A stretch of DNA of 64,000 nucleotides from Verrucomicrobiota bacterium (GCA_043775015.1 JAYVSV010000003.1:3930-67929), one strand, 5' to 3'. Counted from the stretch's first letter, positions 1 through 9,614 are shown. Notes: generated from the letters alone by a model not told the origin. Translations and numbers: made by a program.

Positions 1-195
1 CGCAAATTCGTTTGGTGGTGTTTGCTGTTGGCGCTATTCACCATCGGCTCGTTTGCTTACGGATTGCGCGGAAGTTCGCGCGAGAAAATCTTCGAATTCG
101 CCATCGGCACGGGCACGGCGGCGATCTTTCTGACGGTGGGTGGTTTCCTGCTTTATTCGGCGATCAAATATTTCAATCAGGATGAGCAGAAGTAG
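1..195 (+). CDS. 3' end of a membrane protein gene (partial, runs off the window start)
   Basis: Frame 1 is open from the window edge to TAG at 193-195. The translation has two hydrophobic TM-like stretches (WWCLLLALFTIGSFAY, GTAAIFLTVGGFLLY). Confidence 0.4.
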   Translation, partial: RKFVWWCLLLALFTIGSFAYGLRGSSREKIFEFAIGTGTAAIFLTVGGFLLYSAIKYFNQDEQK

Positions 196-327
196 GAGCG
201 GCACGCCGGGACAAACGTCCGGAAAGTTTGATTCCTAGCAGTTACCATCTGGACAGCGTGGAATAGAAAGAACAACGTAGCTTATCGCTCAAGCGGACGA
301 CTCATCGCCCGTTTGGCAATTGTTTTT

Positions 328-891
328 ATGCCATTGAAAATGTTTCTATGTCTTGTAACAGTCAGCCTTCTTGTCGGATGCGGGAAAAACTCTTCCGACG
401 AACCGACACCGGTCAAAAAGGTCAAAGCCGATCTAAATTGGCCGAGTGTCAAATTCACAGAGGTTCGTGCTTACGCTTGGGCGACAAATATTGATTCAGA
501 AACGGTAGTTTCGAAAAAAATGCAGCCTGCACCAAATGCTTTGAATCCGGACGGCACTCGGCTATCAGCCGAACAAGTGCAGCGATTGCTCTCAGCCGTG
601 CGTGAACCGCAACCCGCCTACGCTATTGCGGGGTGTTACCAGCCACATAACGCTCTCATTTTTTTACAAGCTGAAAAACCTGTCGCCTACGTTGAAATCT
701 GTTTTGGCTGCATGAATTCCATAACAAGGCCGGAAGGGGCTTCCAGCTATCCGAACCTCCATATATTGGCAAACTTGTTTACCGAATTGAAATTGTCGCT
801 CGGAGAATATCCCGATGCGGCCGCGTTCGAAAATCGTTTCAAGAAGAGACCGGGCGTTGATACGCAACCGGGTGCTGTAGATGGGCGATGA
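328..891 (+). CDS. hypothetical lipoprotein
   Basis: ORF 313..891. ATG at 328 gives MPLKMFLCLVTVSLLVGC with an L-V-G-C lipobox. No recognisable catalytic motif. Confidence 0.5.
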   Translation: MPLKMFLCLVTVSLLVGCGKNSSDEPTPVKKVKADLNWPSVKFTEVRAYAWATNIDSETVVSKKMQPAPNALNPDGTRLSAEQVQRLLSAVREPQPAYAIAGCYQPHNALIFLQAEKPVAYVEICFGCMNSITRPEGASSYPNLHILANLFTELKLSLGEYPDAAAFENRFKKRPGVDTQPGAVDGR

Positions 892-903
892 TTTAATAAA
901 CGC

Positions 904-1989
904 TCACGGCCAAGTCCAGACGACAGGAAAAATTAAGCGGTAGAACCCCTGCGATTCAGTCGCCGGAAATAACACGCTCTGGATCGTATTGGTGCTGATG
1001 AAACTCGCATTGGTCGCCCAACTCCCCACCCCTAAATCCGCGCGGCCTAGAACCAAACCATTCTGGCCAACGGGAACATTCAGGAGGTCTAACCGGTTAC
1101 TGCCGTTCAGGGTAGTGATGTCGCTTATTTTCACCGGCGAGATGAGTTGCTGGGCGAGACTAGCCATCCAGTTGTGAACCATCGCGGTTGGGTCGGTGTC
1201 ATCCCAAAAGATGTAGTTGGTGCCATACCCATTGATGTTTGCCGTGGGCAACCCATGGTTTTGCGCGTCGAGAGCATAAGTGCTCAATCCATTGACCAAT
1301 GCGTTGGTCACTCCGTAATTGGCGGGATGCGCCAGCAGATTCGTGAGCAGGACAAAAAAATCTGGAACATAAATCGTAAGGCCGGGGTAATTGGAATTGG
1401 TTCTGACCGAGTTCAAGGTGGCAGAGAAAGCGACGTTGTAATTCGTGGCAGCTTGATGAAACAGGTTCGTGTAAGCAGTGTACTTATTAAATGCGGGAAC
1501 CGTGGAAATATCCACGACATTGGGCATGACCAAAGTGCGAATACCTCTGGCATACAGGTTGGTGATGGCCTTGTAATGGTTGGTTTGAGCCTGATTGATA
1601 ACGGCGTTAAACTCCGCCAAGGTCGGGCTGGGATCCAGTGCCGGGTAATACAAATCCGCATTATTGACCCAGACGACGACCAGTGCATTGCTCGCATTGG
1701 TCGGGTTGAAGCTGTTGATCTCCCCCGCCAAATCGCTGCTGGTGTTTCCGAAGTAGGATTTGTTTCTGGAAGGGTAAAAAGTCAACCCTTGTTGCTGCGC
1801 CAACAACTCCACCCAAACCCGGCCGTTGGCATAGCGATCGCCGTAGTAAAGCGGCCCGGCGGGGAGGTTGGTTGTCGCGGCGGAAAGGCCGTCTCCAAAG
1901 ACATAGAAGGACGTGAACGCGGCGCGCGCCGAAAAATGGCCAAGTCCGAACAGCAGAATGGCCAGTGCAACCCGCATGGAACTTTTCAC
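904..1989 (-). CDS. secreted SGNH/GDSL-fold protein with degenerate catalytic blocks
   Basis: Signal peptide present. Block I reads FGDGLS (GDS becomes GDG), block III is VNNAD, block V is FWDDTDPT (the His of DxxH is replaced). C-terminal ~75-aa tail ends GFYRL. Confidence 0.6.
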   Translation of the reverse strand: MKSSMRVALAILLFGLGHFSARAAFTSFYVFGDGLSAATTNLPAGPLYYGDRYANGRVWVELLAQQQGLTFYPSRNKSYFGNTSSDLAGEINSFNPTNASNALVVVWVNNADLYYPALDPSPTLAEFNAVINQAQTNHYKAITNLYARGIRTLVMPNVVDISTVPAFNKYTAYTNLFHQAATNYNVAFSATLNSVRTNSNYPGLTIYVPDFFVLLTNLLAHPANYGVTNALVNGLSTYALDAQNHGLPTANINGYGTNYIFWDDTDPTAMVHNWMASLAQQLISPVKISDITTLNGSNRLDLLNVPVGQNGLVLGRADLGVGSWATNASFISTNTIQSVLFPATESQGFYRLIFPVVWTWP

Positions 1990-2242
1990 GTTTAAGTTCT
2001 AACCCAAGCGGGTTGAATAGTAAAGGCATGCCATGACAGGTGGGGTTCTGATCTGGAATGCGATGGCGCAGCACCGCTGTCACACTGGGCGATCCCGCGA
2101 CTGCTGGACCCCATTCCAAAGCGCGGAACTTTCCTTCCGGCGAAAATAAAAAGTCTGTCTTCCCCATCACAGGGATTTGCTTGCCCGGACGTGTTGCTCA
2201 TGCGTAACTGAATCGGCTGTTCGTTGACCGAAACCGCATCCA

Positions 2243-3517
2243 TTGATATTGAATCCGCGCCATTTTCTAAAGTTGCTGGCCATAACCATGGCCGGGTTGC
2301 CGATTTTGAAAGCGGCCGCCAACGGCTTCGCGGTATCCGACCAGGACGCCTTTGCCACGGCGCGCGGCGAGGCGGTGGTGGCGACGGCGGACAATCCTTC
2401 AGCCATCTACTATAACCCTGCGGGTATTGCGCAACTCGAAGGCCACAACCTGCGCGCCGGCTTTTACGCCATCGATTTTGATTCCAGCTACAAGCCTCCT
2501 TCTGGCGAACAAAACCACGGCCACACTTACAAAAATTCGGACAACTTCGCCGTGATTCCCCGACTCTTCTACACTGACTCACCCACCAATCTGCCTGTGA
2601 GTTTCGGACTGGGGGTCTATGCGCCGTTTGGCGGCAAAACCAGTTGGCCGCAAGACACCGGCTTCCGCTCGGTGGCGCTCAGCGGTGAGCTGAAATACCT
2701 GACGATCAATCCAGTAGTGGCCTGGAAAATCCTACCCTCACTTTCTGTCGGCGCGGGGGTGATGGTGAACTACGTGGACATGAACATAGAACAAGGCTTG
2801 CTCGAGTATGAGAAGCCACTCACCAACTACTTCCGTTTCACCGGCAACGGCTGGAGCGTCGGGTATAACCTGGGCGCACGGTGGCAGCCGGTGGAGAAAA
2901 TTTCATTTGGAGCAACCTTCCGCAGCACGGCGAAGGTGACGCTGGATGGCCAGACGGAATTCGAGTCATACCCCCGCATTCGTAGCTCTGAACGGTCGGC
3001 GCAAATGGATCTTAATTTTCCATTGAGCGCCGTCGGCGGCGTTTCCTACCGGCCCACGCCCAAGTGGAATCTGGAGTTTGACGTGAGCTATACCGATTGG
3101 AGCAGCTTTGGTACGACCACCATTCATCAGTCGGAGCCGCCGTTTCCCTTGCATCCCGACGTTCCGGTGACGCTGAGCTGGCAGCCAAGCTGGATGTATG
3201 AATTCGGTGCGACGCGGTATTTTGACAGTGGCTGGAATGCCAGTGCCGGCTACGTCTTCAGCGGGAACTCCGTGCCGAACGATTATTACTCTCCACTTGC
3301 GGCAGACCTCGACCGGCATTTTTTAAGCATTGGAACGGGCTTCAAAGGAAAGCATTTCAGTTTTGACGTCGCCTACCAGCTCGGTTATGGCCCTACGCGA
3401 AAGGTTACCGGCAGCACGCCTTCATCCACTCCCGGCCAGATTGCCGGCCAGACTGCTGATGGCAAATACAGTTTCAACAGCAGCGCAGTGTCCGTATCAG
3501 CGGGTTGGCGTTTTTAA
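2243..3517 (+). CDS. outer membrane transport protein, OmpP1/FadL/TodX family
   Basis: N-terminal AFATARGEAVVATADNPSAIYYNPAGIAQL is typical of FadL. Alternating beta-strand pattern and terminal aromatic (WRF). Start is uncertain (TTG 2243 or ATG 2288). Confidence 0.8.
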   Translation: MILNPRHFLKLLAITMAGLPILKAAANGFAVSDQDAFATARGEAVVATADNPSAIYYNPAGIAQLEGHNLRAGFYAIDFDSSYKPPSGEQNHGHTYKNSDNFAVIPRLFYTDSPTNLPVSFGLGVYAPFGGKTSWPQDTGFRSVALSGELKYLTINPVVAWKILPSLSVGAGVMVNYVDMNIEQGLLEYEKPLTNYFRFTGNGWSVGYNLGARWQPVEKISFGATFRSTAKVTLDGQTEFESYPRIRSSERSAQMDLNFPLSAVGGVSYRPTPKWNLEFDVSYTDWSSFGTTTIHQSEPPFPLHPDVPVTLSWQPSWMYEFGATRYFDSGWNASAGYVFSGNSVPNDYYSPLAADLDRHFLSIGTGFKGKHFSFDVAYQLGYGPTRKVTGSTPSSTPGQIAGQTADGKYSFNSSAVSVSAGWRF

Positions 3518-3555
3518 TTTATCCACAAAGTTGAATCAGCAAACTCCCGGGTAGA

Positions 3556-3804
3556 TCAGAGCGTGGCCGCTTCCCTGGTTGGAGCGCGAAAATTAACAAC
3601 GCGCACATTGGGTTCGCGCTCTTGAACGAGCGCTTCCATTTCAGCCTGTAACCGACCCATTTCTTTCATCTTCTGATGGAGGAGCGACAGTGTCTTCTTC
3701 GCCTTTTTACATTCAAAGGTTTCAGACGAGATCAGTAACGCCTCCAGCAGATGTTTGGTTTCGGCAACACTCCTCAATGCAACCGTTAACGGATCGGATT
3801 TCAT
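3556..3804 (-). CDS. hypothetical small helical protein
   Basis: 82-aa ORF with an ATG start that fills the spacer between flanking genes. No recognised motif. Confidence 0.3.
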   Translation of the reverse strand: MKSDPLTVALRSVAETKHLLEALLISSETFECKKAKKTLSLLHQKMKEMGRLQAEMEALVQEREPNVRVVNFRAPTREAATL

Positions 3805-3909
3805 GTGCGGCGATAATCTTAGGAAGACGCGAGGGTGTCAATATTTCAGCGGAGCTGATTCAATAAAAACCTTATCGCTTTCAACCTCCGGTTTTTGCAA
3901 AATCGTCAG

Positions 3910-5475
3910 ATGAATTTCTGGCTCATCATCACGTTTGTTGCAGTGCTGCTTCCCCTCCACGCAAAAGATTACGATTTAATTTTGCGCAATGGCCGCATTG
4001 CGGATGGCACAGGCAATCCTGCTTTCTTCGCGGACCTCGGCATCGAAAGCGGACGCATCACCGCCATCGGGAAAATCACGGGACACGGCAAAAAAGAAAT
4101 CGAAGCGCGCGGTCTGGTGATTGCGCCGGGCTTCATTGATGTCCACACGCATGCCGAGGAAATCAACGAGCAACCGCGCGGAGAAAATTTCGTTCGCATG
4201 GGCGTCACCACATTGGTTCTGGGAAACTGCGGCGGCTCGGTGCTGAAGGTGGGCGAGTTTTTCAAAAAATTGGAGGAGATCAAAATGTCGCCCAATGTCG
4301 CGACGTTGATTGGTCATGGAACCGTGCGCGGCAAAGCGATGGGCGGCTCGTTTATGCGCCCACCGACGGATGCGGAGCTGGCGCAAATGAAATCGCTCGT
4401 TGAAGAAGCCATGAAAGAAGGCGCGTTCGGAATGTCCACCGGATTAATTTATTTGCCCGGTGTTTTTGCAAAGACGGAGGAAATCATTGAACTGGCAAAA
4501 GTCGCTTCCGCCTACGATGGCATTTATGCGACGCATCAGCGCAGCGAGAGCGACGAAATTTTCAAGTCGATCGACGAAATCATTCGCATCGCGCGCGAAG
4601 CCCACATCCGCGCGGAAATTTCGCACATCAAACTTTCGGGCAAATCAAATTGGGGCCAGACCGAAAAAGTTTTTGTGCAAATTGAAAAAGCACGCAGCGA
4701 AGGTCTGGACATCACGCAGGATCAATACGCTTACACGGCATCCAGCACGGGGATCAGCCAACTCGTGCCGGAAAGCGCGAAGGATGGCGGGACAAAAAAA
4801 ATGATCGAGCGCCTCGACGACGCGGAGCAGAAAGCGAAGGTGGTTACGGAAATGAAAGATTCTTTACACCGTCGTGGCAGCGAAAATTACAGCTATGCGG
4901 TGATCGCTTTTTACAAACACGACAAGTCTTTGAACGGATTGAATATTGTTGAGGCCGCGCAAAAAAGTGGCCGCAGCGCATCGCTCGACGATCAGATTGA
5001 AATGATTCTGGAGATAGAGCGGAATGGCGGTGCGTCGGCCGTTTTTCACGGCATGAGCGAATCCGATTTGCAGGCGTTCATGCGGCATCCGAACACGATG
5101 ATCGCCTCCGACAGCGGGATGAGGCAATTCAACGAAGGTGTCCCCCACCCTCGTGGTTACGGCAATAACGCCCGTATTTTGGGTCGCTATGTTCGCGAGG
5201 AAAAAGTTTTGCGTTTGGAAGATGCGATTCGCAAGATGACGTCGCTGCCGGCGAACACATTTCAAATCAAAGGGCGCGGTGAATTGCGCGAAGGCAACTG
5301 GGCGGACATCGTGGTGTTCGACCCCGCGACCGTGATCGACCATGGCACCTTCAACGACCCGCATCATTATTCGACCGGATTCAAATACGTTTTCGTGAAC
5401 GGTGGTTTGGTCGTGGAGGATGACAAACACACCGGAGCCAAGCCCGGAATGACGCTACGGCATGGGGCGAATTGA
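3910..5475 (+). CDS. N-acyl-D-amino-acid deacylase (D-aminoacylase) family amidohydrolase
   Basis: DLILRNGRIADGTGNP...APGFIDVHTHAE metal-binding motif and family-typical length. ATG at 3910 gives a signal-like N-terminus. Confidence 0.8.
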   Translation: MNFWLIITFVAVLLPLHAKDYDLILRNGRIADGTGNPAFFADLGIESGRITAIGKITGHGKKEIEARGLVIAPGFIDVHTHAEEINEQPRGENFVRMGVTTLVLGNCGGSVLKVGEFFKKLEEIKMSPNVATLIGHGTVRGKAMGGSFMRPPTDAELAQMKSLVEEAMKEGAFGMSTGLIYLPGVFAKTEEIIELAKVASAYDGIYATHQRSESDEIFKSIDEIIRIAREAHIRAEISHIKLSGKSNWGQTEKVFVQIEKARSEGLDITQDQYAYTASSTGISQLVPESAKDGGTKKMIERLDDAEQKAKVVTEMKDSLHRRGSENYSYAVIAFYKHDKSLNGLNIVEAAQKSGRSASLDDQIEMILEIERNGGASAVFHGMSESDLQAFMRHPNTMIASDSGMRQFNEGVPHPRGYGNNARILGRYVREEKVLRLEDAIRKMTSLPANTFQIKGRGELREGNWADIVVFDPATVIDHGTFNDPHHYSTGFKYVFVNGGLVVEDDKHTGAKPGMTLRHGAN

Positions 5476-5507
5476 TACCCTCTCCAAGTCGCTTATCTGT
5501 AAACGCA

Positions 5508-5606
5508 AAGGAGCGCGGAATTTATTCCGCTTCAACGTTGGCTTACTCCACATCATCAAGCGGAATGATTGTATTTAGATGAAGCGGAATGAATTCCGCG
5601 CTCCTT
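5508..5606. repeat. long imperfect hairpin element between convergent genes
   Basis: AAGGAGCGCGGAAT (5508-5521) pairs with ATTCCGCGCTCCTT (5593-5606). Inner TTCCGCTTCA (5525-5534) pairs with TGAAGCGGAA (5580-5589). The loop holds an extra AAGCGGAATGA copy. Confidence 0.8.
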
Positions 5607-5621
5607 GACCGAACGAGCTTT

Positions 5622-7055
5622 TCACACGTCACCGTTTTTTTTGCCATTCTTCTTTTGGGACGGTTCTTCGATGGATTTATTCGGCGTCGGCATTGGTGCT
5701 TTTAAATCCTTGCGCCACGCGGCGAGTTTGGTTTGAAGCTCTTTGGCTTTGCCGGGATTTTTCTTTGCCAGATCAATTTTTTCGCCGAGATCATCCCGCA
5801 AGTTGTATAGCTCGACGTGATTATCTTCAAAAAATTCCATCAACTTCCAGTCACCGGAACGAATCACACCAACCGGTGTCGTGCGCCAGTTGTTCTCGCC
5901 TGCTCCGAGGTAACCGGGAAAATGCCAATAGATCGCGTCACGATTCAATTTCGCCTTGCCGCCGCTGGTCAACAATTTGAGATAGCTCACGCCATCCAGC
6001 GGATAATCGTTCGGCGGTTTCGCACCCGCCACCTCCAGCAACGTCGGGTAAAGATCCACGCCGATGATCGCTTCGGTGCAGGTCGTGCTCGCCGCGATTT
6101 TTCCCAGCCAACGAAAAATGTAGGGCACGCGATGACCGCCTTCGTAGAGCATTCCTTTCCCGCCGCGCAACGGTGCGTTGTCAGTCACGTCGCCGCCTTG
6201 CTTGATTCCTTCCCGCTCGTAACCGCCGACGCCGCCGTTATCGCTGGAAAAAATCACCAGCGTATTCTCCGCCAGTTTTAATTCGTCCAACGTCGCGAGA
6301 ATGCGCCCGACGCTTTCGTCCACACTCTTGATCATCGCGGCGTAAATCGGATTCTTGTGTCCACCGACAGCGGTTTTTACTTCGAACTTTTCGATCAGCT
6401 CCTTCTTCGCTTGCAGTGGTTGGTGAACGGCGAAATGCGGTAGATACAGGAAGAACGGCCCATCCTTGTGGCGTTGCATAAAATCAACTGCTTTGTCGGT
6501 GAGAAAATCGGCGAGATATTCTCCTTTCGGATAATCGGTTTTCGGATTGGTCGCGAAATCAAAGTGAGCACCGGAACTTTCAATCGCCTCATCGAAACCT
6601 CGCTTCGACGGATGATGCGCCCGGTCATTCCCGAGATGCCATTTGCCAAACATCGCGGTGGCGTAACCAGCATTTTTTAAGGATTGCGCGACGGTAATTT
6701 TTTCCAACGGCAGTTCCGTCACATTATCCACGGGCCGTAATGGACGGCTTTGCCAATTGAATCGGTCGATGCTACCGACAGTATAAACGCCGGTGCGCGG
6801 CATGTATTGACCGCTCATCAAAGCGGCGCGCGACGGCTGGCAATTCGGCGCGCAGGTGTGGCCATCGGTGAAGCGAATTCCTTGTTGGGCAAGACGGTCA
6901 ATATTCGGCGTCTCGTAATATTTGCTCCCGTAACAAGCCAGGTCGGTGTAGCCGAGATCATCTGCCAGAATAAATACGATGTTGGGCCGGTTGGTTTGGG
7001 CCGACGCCACGCCGAGCGAACCGATCACGAACAAAAAAGAAAACAATGTGCGCAT
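5622..7055 (-). CDS. arylsulfatase-family sulfatase
   Basis: Signal peptide, PNIVFILADDLGY, C-x-P-x-R signature (CQPSRAALMSG) and GKWHLG. Confidence 0.85.
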   Translation of the reverse strand: MRTLFSFLFVIGSLGVASAQTNRPNIVFILADDLGYTDLACYGSKYYETPNIDRLAQQGIRFTDGHTCAPNCQPSRAALMSGQYMPRTGVYTVGSIDRFNWQSRPLRPVDNVTELPLEKITVAQSLKNAGYATAMFGKWHLGNDRAHHPSKRGFDEAIESSGAHFDFATNPKTDYPKGEYLADFLTDKAVDFMQRHKDGPFFLYLPHFAVHQPLQAKKELIEKFEVKTAVGGHKNPIYAAMIKSVDESVGRILATLDELKLAENTLVIFSSDNGGVGGYEREGIKQGGDVTDNAPLRGGKGMLYEGGHRVPYIFRWLGKIAASTTCTEAIIGVDLYPTLLEVAGAKPPNDYPLDGVSYLKLLTSGGKAKLNRDAIYWHFPGYLGAGENNWRTTPVGVIRSGDWKLMEFFEDNHVELYNLRDDLGEKIDLAKKNPGKAKELQTKLAAWRKDLKAPMPTPNKSIEEPSQKKNGKKNGDV

Positions 7056-7178
7056 AAAAAAGTTTGTTGTGAATCGAGTTTAGCTAAACCGTTCGCGAAT
7101 GTCTGCTGGCAAATATTTAATCTCACTAAATTTTCCACCGATGTTGCAATCGCAGCCAAAAAATTCTAAAACCCTGCC

Positions 7179-7544
7179 ATGAAAGTGCTCGAACTGAATC
7201 ACGTCGCGTTACATGTCACCGACCTTCCAGCCTCCTGCGCTTTTTACGGCGACATTCTGCGGCTCGATTCGTTGGCGCGCCCCGCCTTTACTTTTCCCGG
7301 AGCATGGTTTCGTTTGGGGCGCGACCAGGAATTGCATCTGATCGGTGAGCGCACGGAGCCGGTTCAATCGCATCATCGCGGAAATCATTTCGCACTCCGC
7401 GTGGATAATCTCGACGAATGGGAACCGCACTTGAAAGCTATGAATGCCGATTTCCAGCCGCGCAAGAAACGTCCGGATGGCGCGTGGCAGGTTTTCGTTC
7501 GCGATCCCGACGGCCACATCATCGAATTGTTCACCGGTCCATAG
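7179..7544 (+). CDS. VOC (glyoxalase/bleomycin-resistance/dioxygenase) family protein
   Basis: 121 aa. Has NHVALHVTDL and HFALRV...GHIIEL metal-ligand-like motifs. Confidence 0.7.
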   Translation: MKVLELNHVALHVTDLPASCAFYGDILRLDSLARPAFTFPGAWFRLGRDQELHLIGERTEPVQSHHRGNHFALRVDNLDEWEPHLKAMNADFQPRKKRPDGAWQVFVRDPDGHIIELFTGP

Positions 7545-7752
7545 CTTCAATTCGTGGACGCACATCACTCTACTCCAGATGTTTTCCAGCGAAGATTTCA
7601 AAGTTAAGCGAAACCTTGCTCATTGGTTGGCAAGACACGAAGCGGCGCGCACGGAGTGACGCGTCCTACCACCCGTTGAAATAAACCTTCACAGAAATCC
7701 GCAAATCGGCTTTTATCAACCGAACAAATGAATGTCGCGTCGCATATTAACC

Positions 7753-7778
7753 GATATACGAATAGCCGTTCGTATATC
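7753..7778. promoter_or_regulatory. candidate operator: perfect 10-bp inverted repeat
   Basis: GATATACGAA-tagccg-TTCGTATATC lies 34-59 bp upstream of the rhodanese-like gene start (7812). Confidence 0.3.
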
Positions 7779-7811
7779 AATAGTTAGGTTACTTTCGCGC
7801 ACTTTGACTAG

Positions 7812-8438
7812 ATGAAACATACAAACATGAAATCTACAATCATTGCCGTATCGATGATGATACTGCTTACCAACGCAGGATTTGCGCAAGACACGAAATA
7901 CCCCAAAGCCAAAGTCAACTTCGATGACTTCAAGGGACTTGTTGCCGAGGTGGAAACTCACCGAGCCAGCCGCCTTATAGACCTCAACACATTCCTCAAG
8001 ATGAGCAAGGAGGAGGGCGTCATCATTCTGGATTCGCGTTCGGACTTTCGTTTTGACCGCATCCACCTCACGGGCGCAAAACACTTAGCCTTCACCGACT
8101 ATACTCAAGACAATCTGAAGAAACTCATTCCGAATCCAGAGACCAAAATTCTCATCTACTGCAACAACAATTTCGACGACAACCAGCAGGATTTTGCCAC
8201 CAAGGCGTTCATACCAGGTCTAAGGGAAAAAAGAGCAGCCGCAACCCAACTCGCAGTCCAAGCAAAGCCCATCATGTTGGCACTGAATATTCCGACCTAC
8301 ATCAATCTGTATGGATACGGTTATCGCAACGTTTACGAACTGAATGAATTGGTCAAAGTGAACGACTCCAGAATCACGTTTGAAGGAACCGTTGTAGAGC
8401 AGAAATCCGCGCTTCCCGCATTCCCTGCTGCCAAGTGA
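7812..8438 (+). CDS. secreted rhodanese-like domain protein
   Basis: Signal peptide. VIILDSRSDFRFDRIHLTGAKHL...ILIYCNNNF has rhodanese-fold spacing with a Cys in the active-site loop. Confidence 0.6.
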   Translation: MKHTNMKSTIIAVSMMILLTNAGFAQDTKYPKAKVNFDDFKGLVAEVETHRASRLIDLNTFLKMSKEEGVIILDSRSDFRFDRIHLTGAKHLAFTDYTQDNLKKLIPNPETKILIYCNNNFDDNQQDFATKAFIPGLREKRAAATQLAVQAKPIMLALNIPTYINLYGYGYRNVYELNELVKVNDSRITFEGTVVEQKSALPAFPAAK

Positions 8439-8469
8439 CATCCAAGCGATCTGAAATCCGTCACAGAGA

Positions 8470-8885
8470 ACCCAAGTGGTTTAACCTCCAAGGCTAGCAT
8501 TGATCGACTGAGTTGGACGAAGGGGTCCAGCAGGCGCGGGACTAGCCGTTGTTGAACAGGCCCGGTCGAACTTCCAGAAGTCTTCCCCCTGTGGCCGTGT
8601 GCCAGCACCTTGCGGTTTCCTTTTTCCCCGTGTCAGCCCGGTTTCACCCTCGCGCCCATGTCTTTGGGGTCGCATTTACCGGTAGAACGGCTGGAGGCCG
8701 TGGTGGCGGCCCCGGCGCGTCGTTTGACCGGGTGGTTTGGCGTGGTGGTATTGCCCTTGAGCCGAGCGGTTTTTGCTCTCCCGGATGCAGCGTGGCAAAA
8801 TCCCGGCGTGCGCGTCCGCTTCATTTAACCATGCGTGAGCGCATTGAGGTCGAGGCTCAGCCTTGCCAGTTAACCTCTCTTTTTC
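8470..8885. other. GC-rich non-coding block with pairable ends (candidate structured RNA or MITE-like element)
   Basis: 460-bp spacer between convergent genes. Only Arg/Pro/Gly-rich ORFs with no motif. GGTTTAACCTCCAAGGCT (near 8477) can pair with AGCCTTGCCAGTTAACC (near 8860). Confidence 0.25.
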
Positions 8886-8902
8886 CAAACTCCGAGACAG
8901 GC

Positions 8903-9448
8903 TCAACGCTTTGTCTGACGTTTCGGTATGCTCCCCGCTGCATCCGCACAAGCGTTGCCGACGGAGGCGAGTTCTTCCAAAAAAATTTCGCGCCGTTCCT
9001 GCGGCAGGCTGGACAAAATCTCGGTCTGCAAGGCCATGGCAATTTCCCGCACCACTTCGTATTTCCGTTTGCCTTCTGTTTTGAGACTAATCTGGTAGGC
9101 GCGCCGGTCCGTCTCGTGGGCCTGCCGTTCGATCAAACCACTTTTCTCCATTCGTTCCACGAGCGACGCAATGGTGTTCGGGTCGCTCGCCATCAGCTTG
9201 GTCAACTGGCTCTGCGTCAGTCCGGCTTTGTCGTTCTCTAAAATAGTGCGCATCGCGGTAAACTGATCCGGCGTCACTCCGGTATGCGCGATTCTCCGGC
9301 GAAAAGCCTGGTTCAATCCGTACCAAGCCCGGCGCAGAAGGATCGGCAAACGCTTTCGCTCCGGCGCATCCACCGGCAATTGTTTGGAATTATTTTCTGA
9401 TTTTCGCACAAATTTCCGAACCACTTTCGTTGTCCACCCGAATACCAA
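8903..9448 (-). CDS. MarR family transcriptional regulator
   Basis: Winged-helix core GVTPDQFTAMRTILENDKAGLTQSQLTKLMASDPNTIASLVERMEKSGLIERQAHETDRRA. Start codon uncertain (TTG). Confidence 0.85.
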   Translation of the reverse strand: MVFGWTTKVVRKFVRKSENNSKQLPVDAPERKRLPILLRRAWYGLNQAFRRRIAHTGVTPDQFTAMRTILENDKAGLTQSQLTKLMASDPNTIASLVERMEKSGLIERQAHETDRRAYQISLKTEGKRKYEVVREIAMALQTEILSSLPQERREIFLEELASVGNACADAAGSIPKRQTKR

Positions 9449-9614
9449 TTTTCACGAAAACCAAAATAGTCTTTGAATTTTCAGACGGAAAGGCAAATAA
9501 TACGTGTAAGTAGCAAATGCGTTGCATCCGGTTCGCTCTTGTAGAATAGTGCAACAGCGTTTGGAAAATATTCGTTGTCCACCCTTCTTCAAGTGGCCGA
9601 CCAAAAAGGTAACT

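Noticed and set aside
8480-8595. tmRNA 5' end on the minus strand (GGGGGAAGACTTCTGGAAGTTCGACCGGG resembles GGGGCUGAUUCUGGAUUCGACGGG)
   Set aside because: I found no T-arm (GGTTCGAnTCC), no complementary acceptor 3' strand plus CCA, and no Ala-resume tag ending in LAA-like residues. A one-piece gene would have to overlap the rhodanese-like CDS. A permuted two-piece arrangement could not be supported either.
8470-8885. RNase P RNA (either strand) in the convergent GC-rich spacer
   Set aside because: The size and closing helix fit, and there are CR-II/P9-like fragments. However, the universally conserved GGAAAGTCCGG (CR-I) and ACAGAA..CGGCTTA (CR-IV/V) cores are absent on both strands, the motif order is not collinear with type A RNase P, and I could not form a P4 pairing.
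8549-9241. 230-aa plus-strand ORF
   Set aside because: Its 3' half is antisense to the MarR gene and its 5' half runs through the GC-rich spacer. It has an Arg/Gly/Pro-rich composition and no motif.
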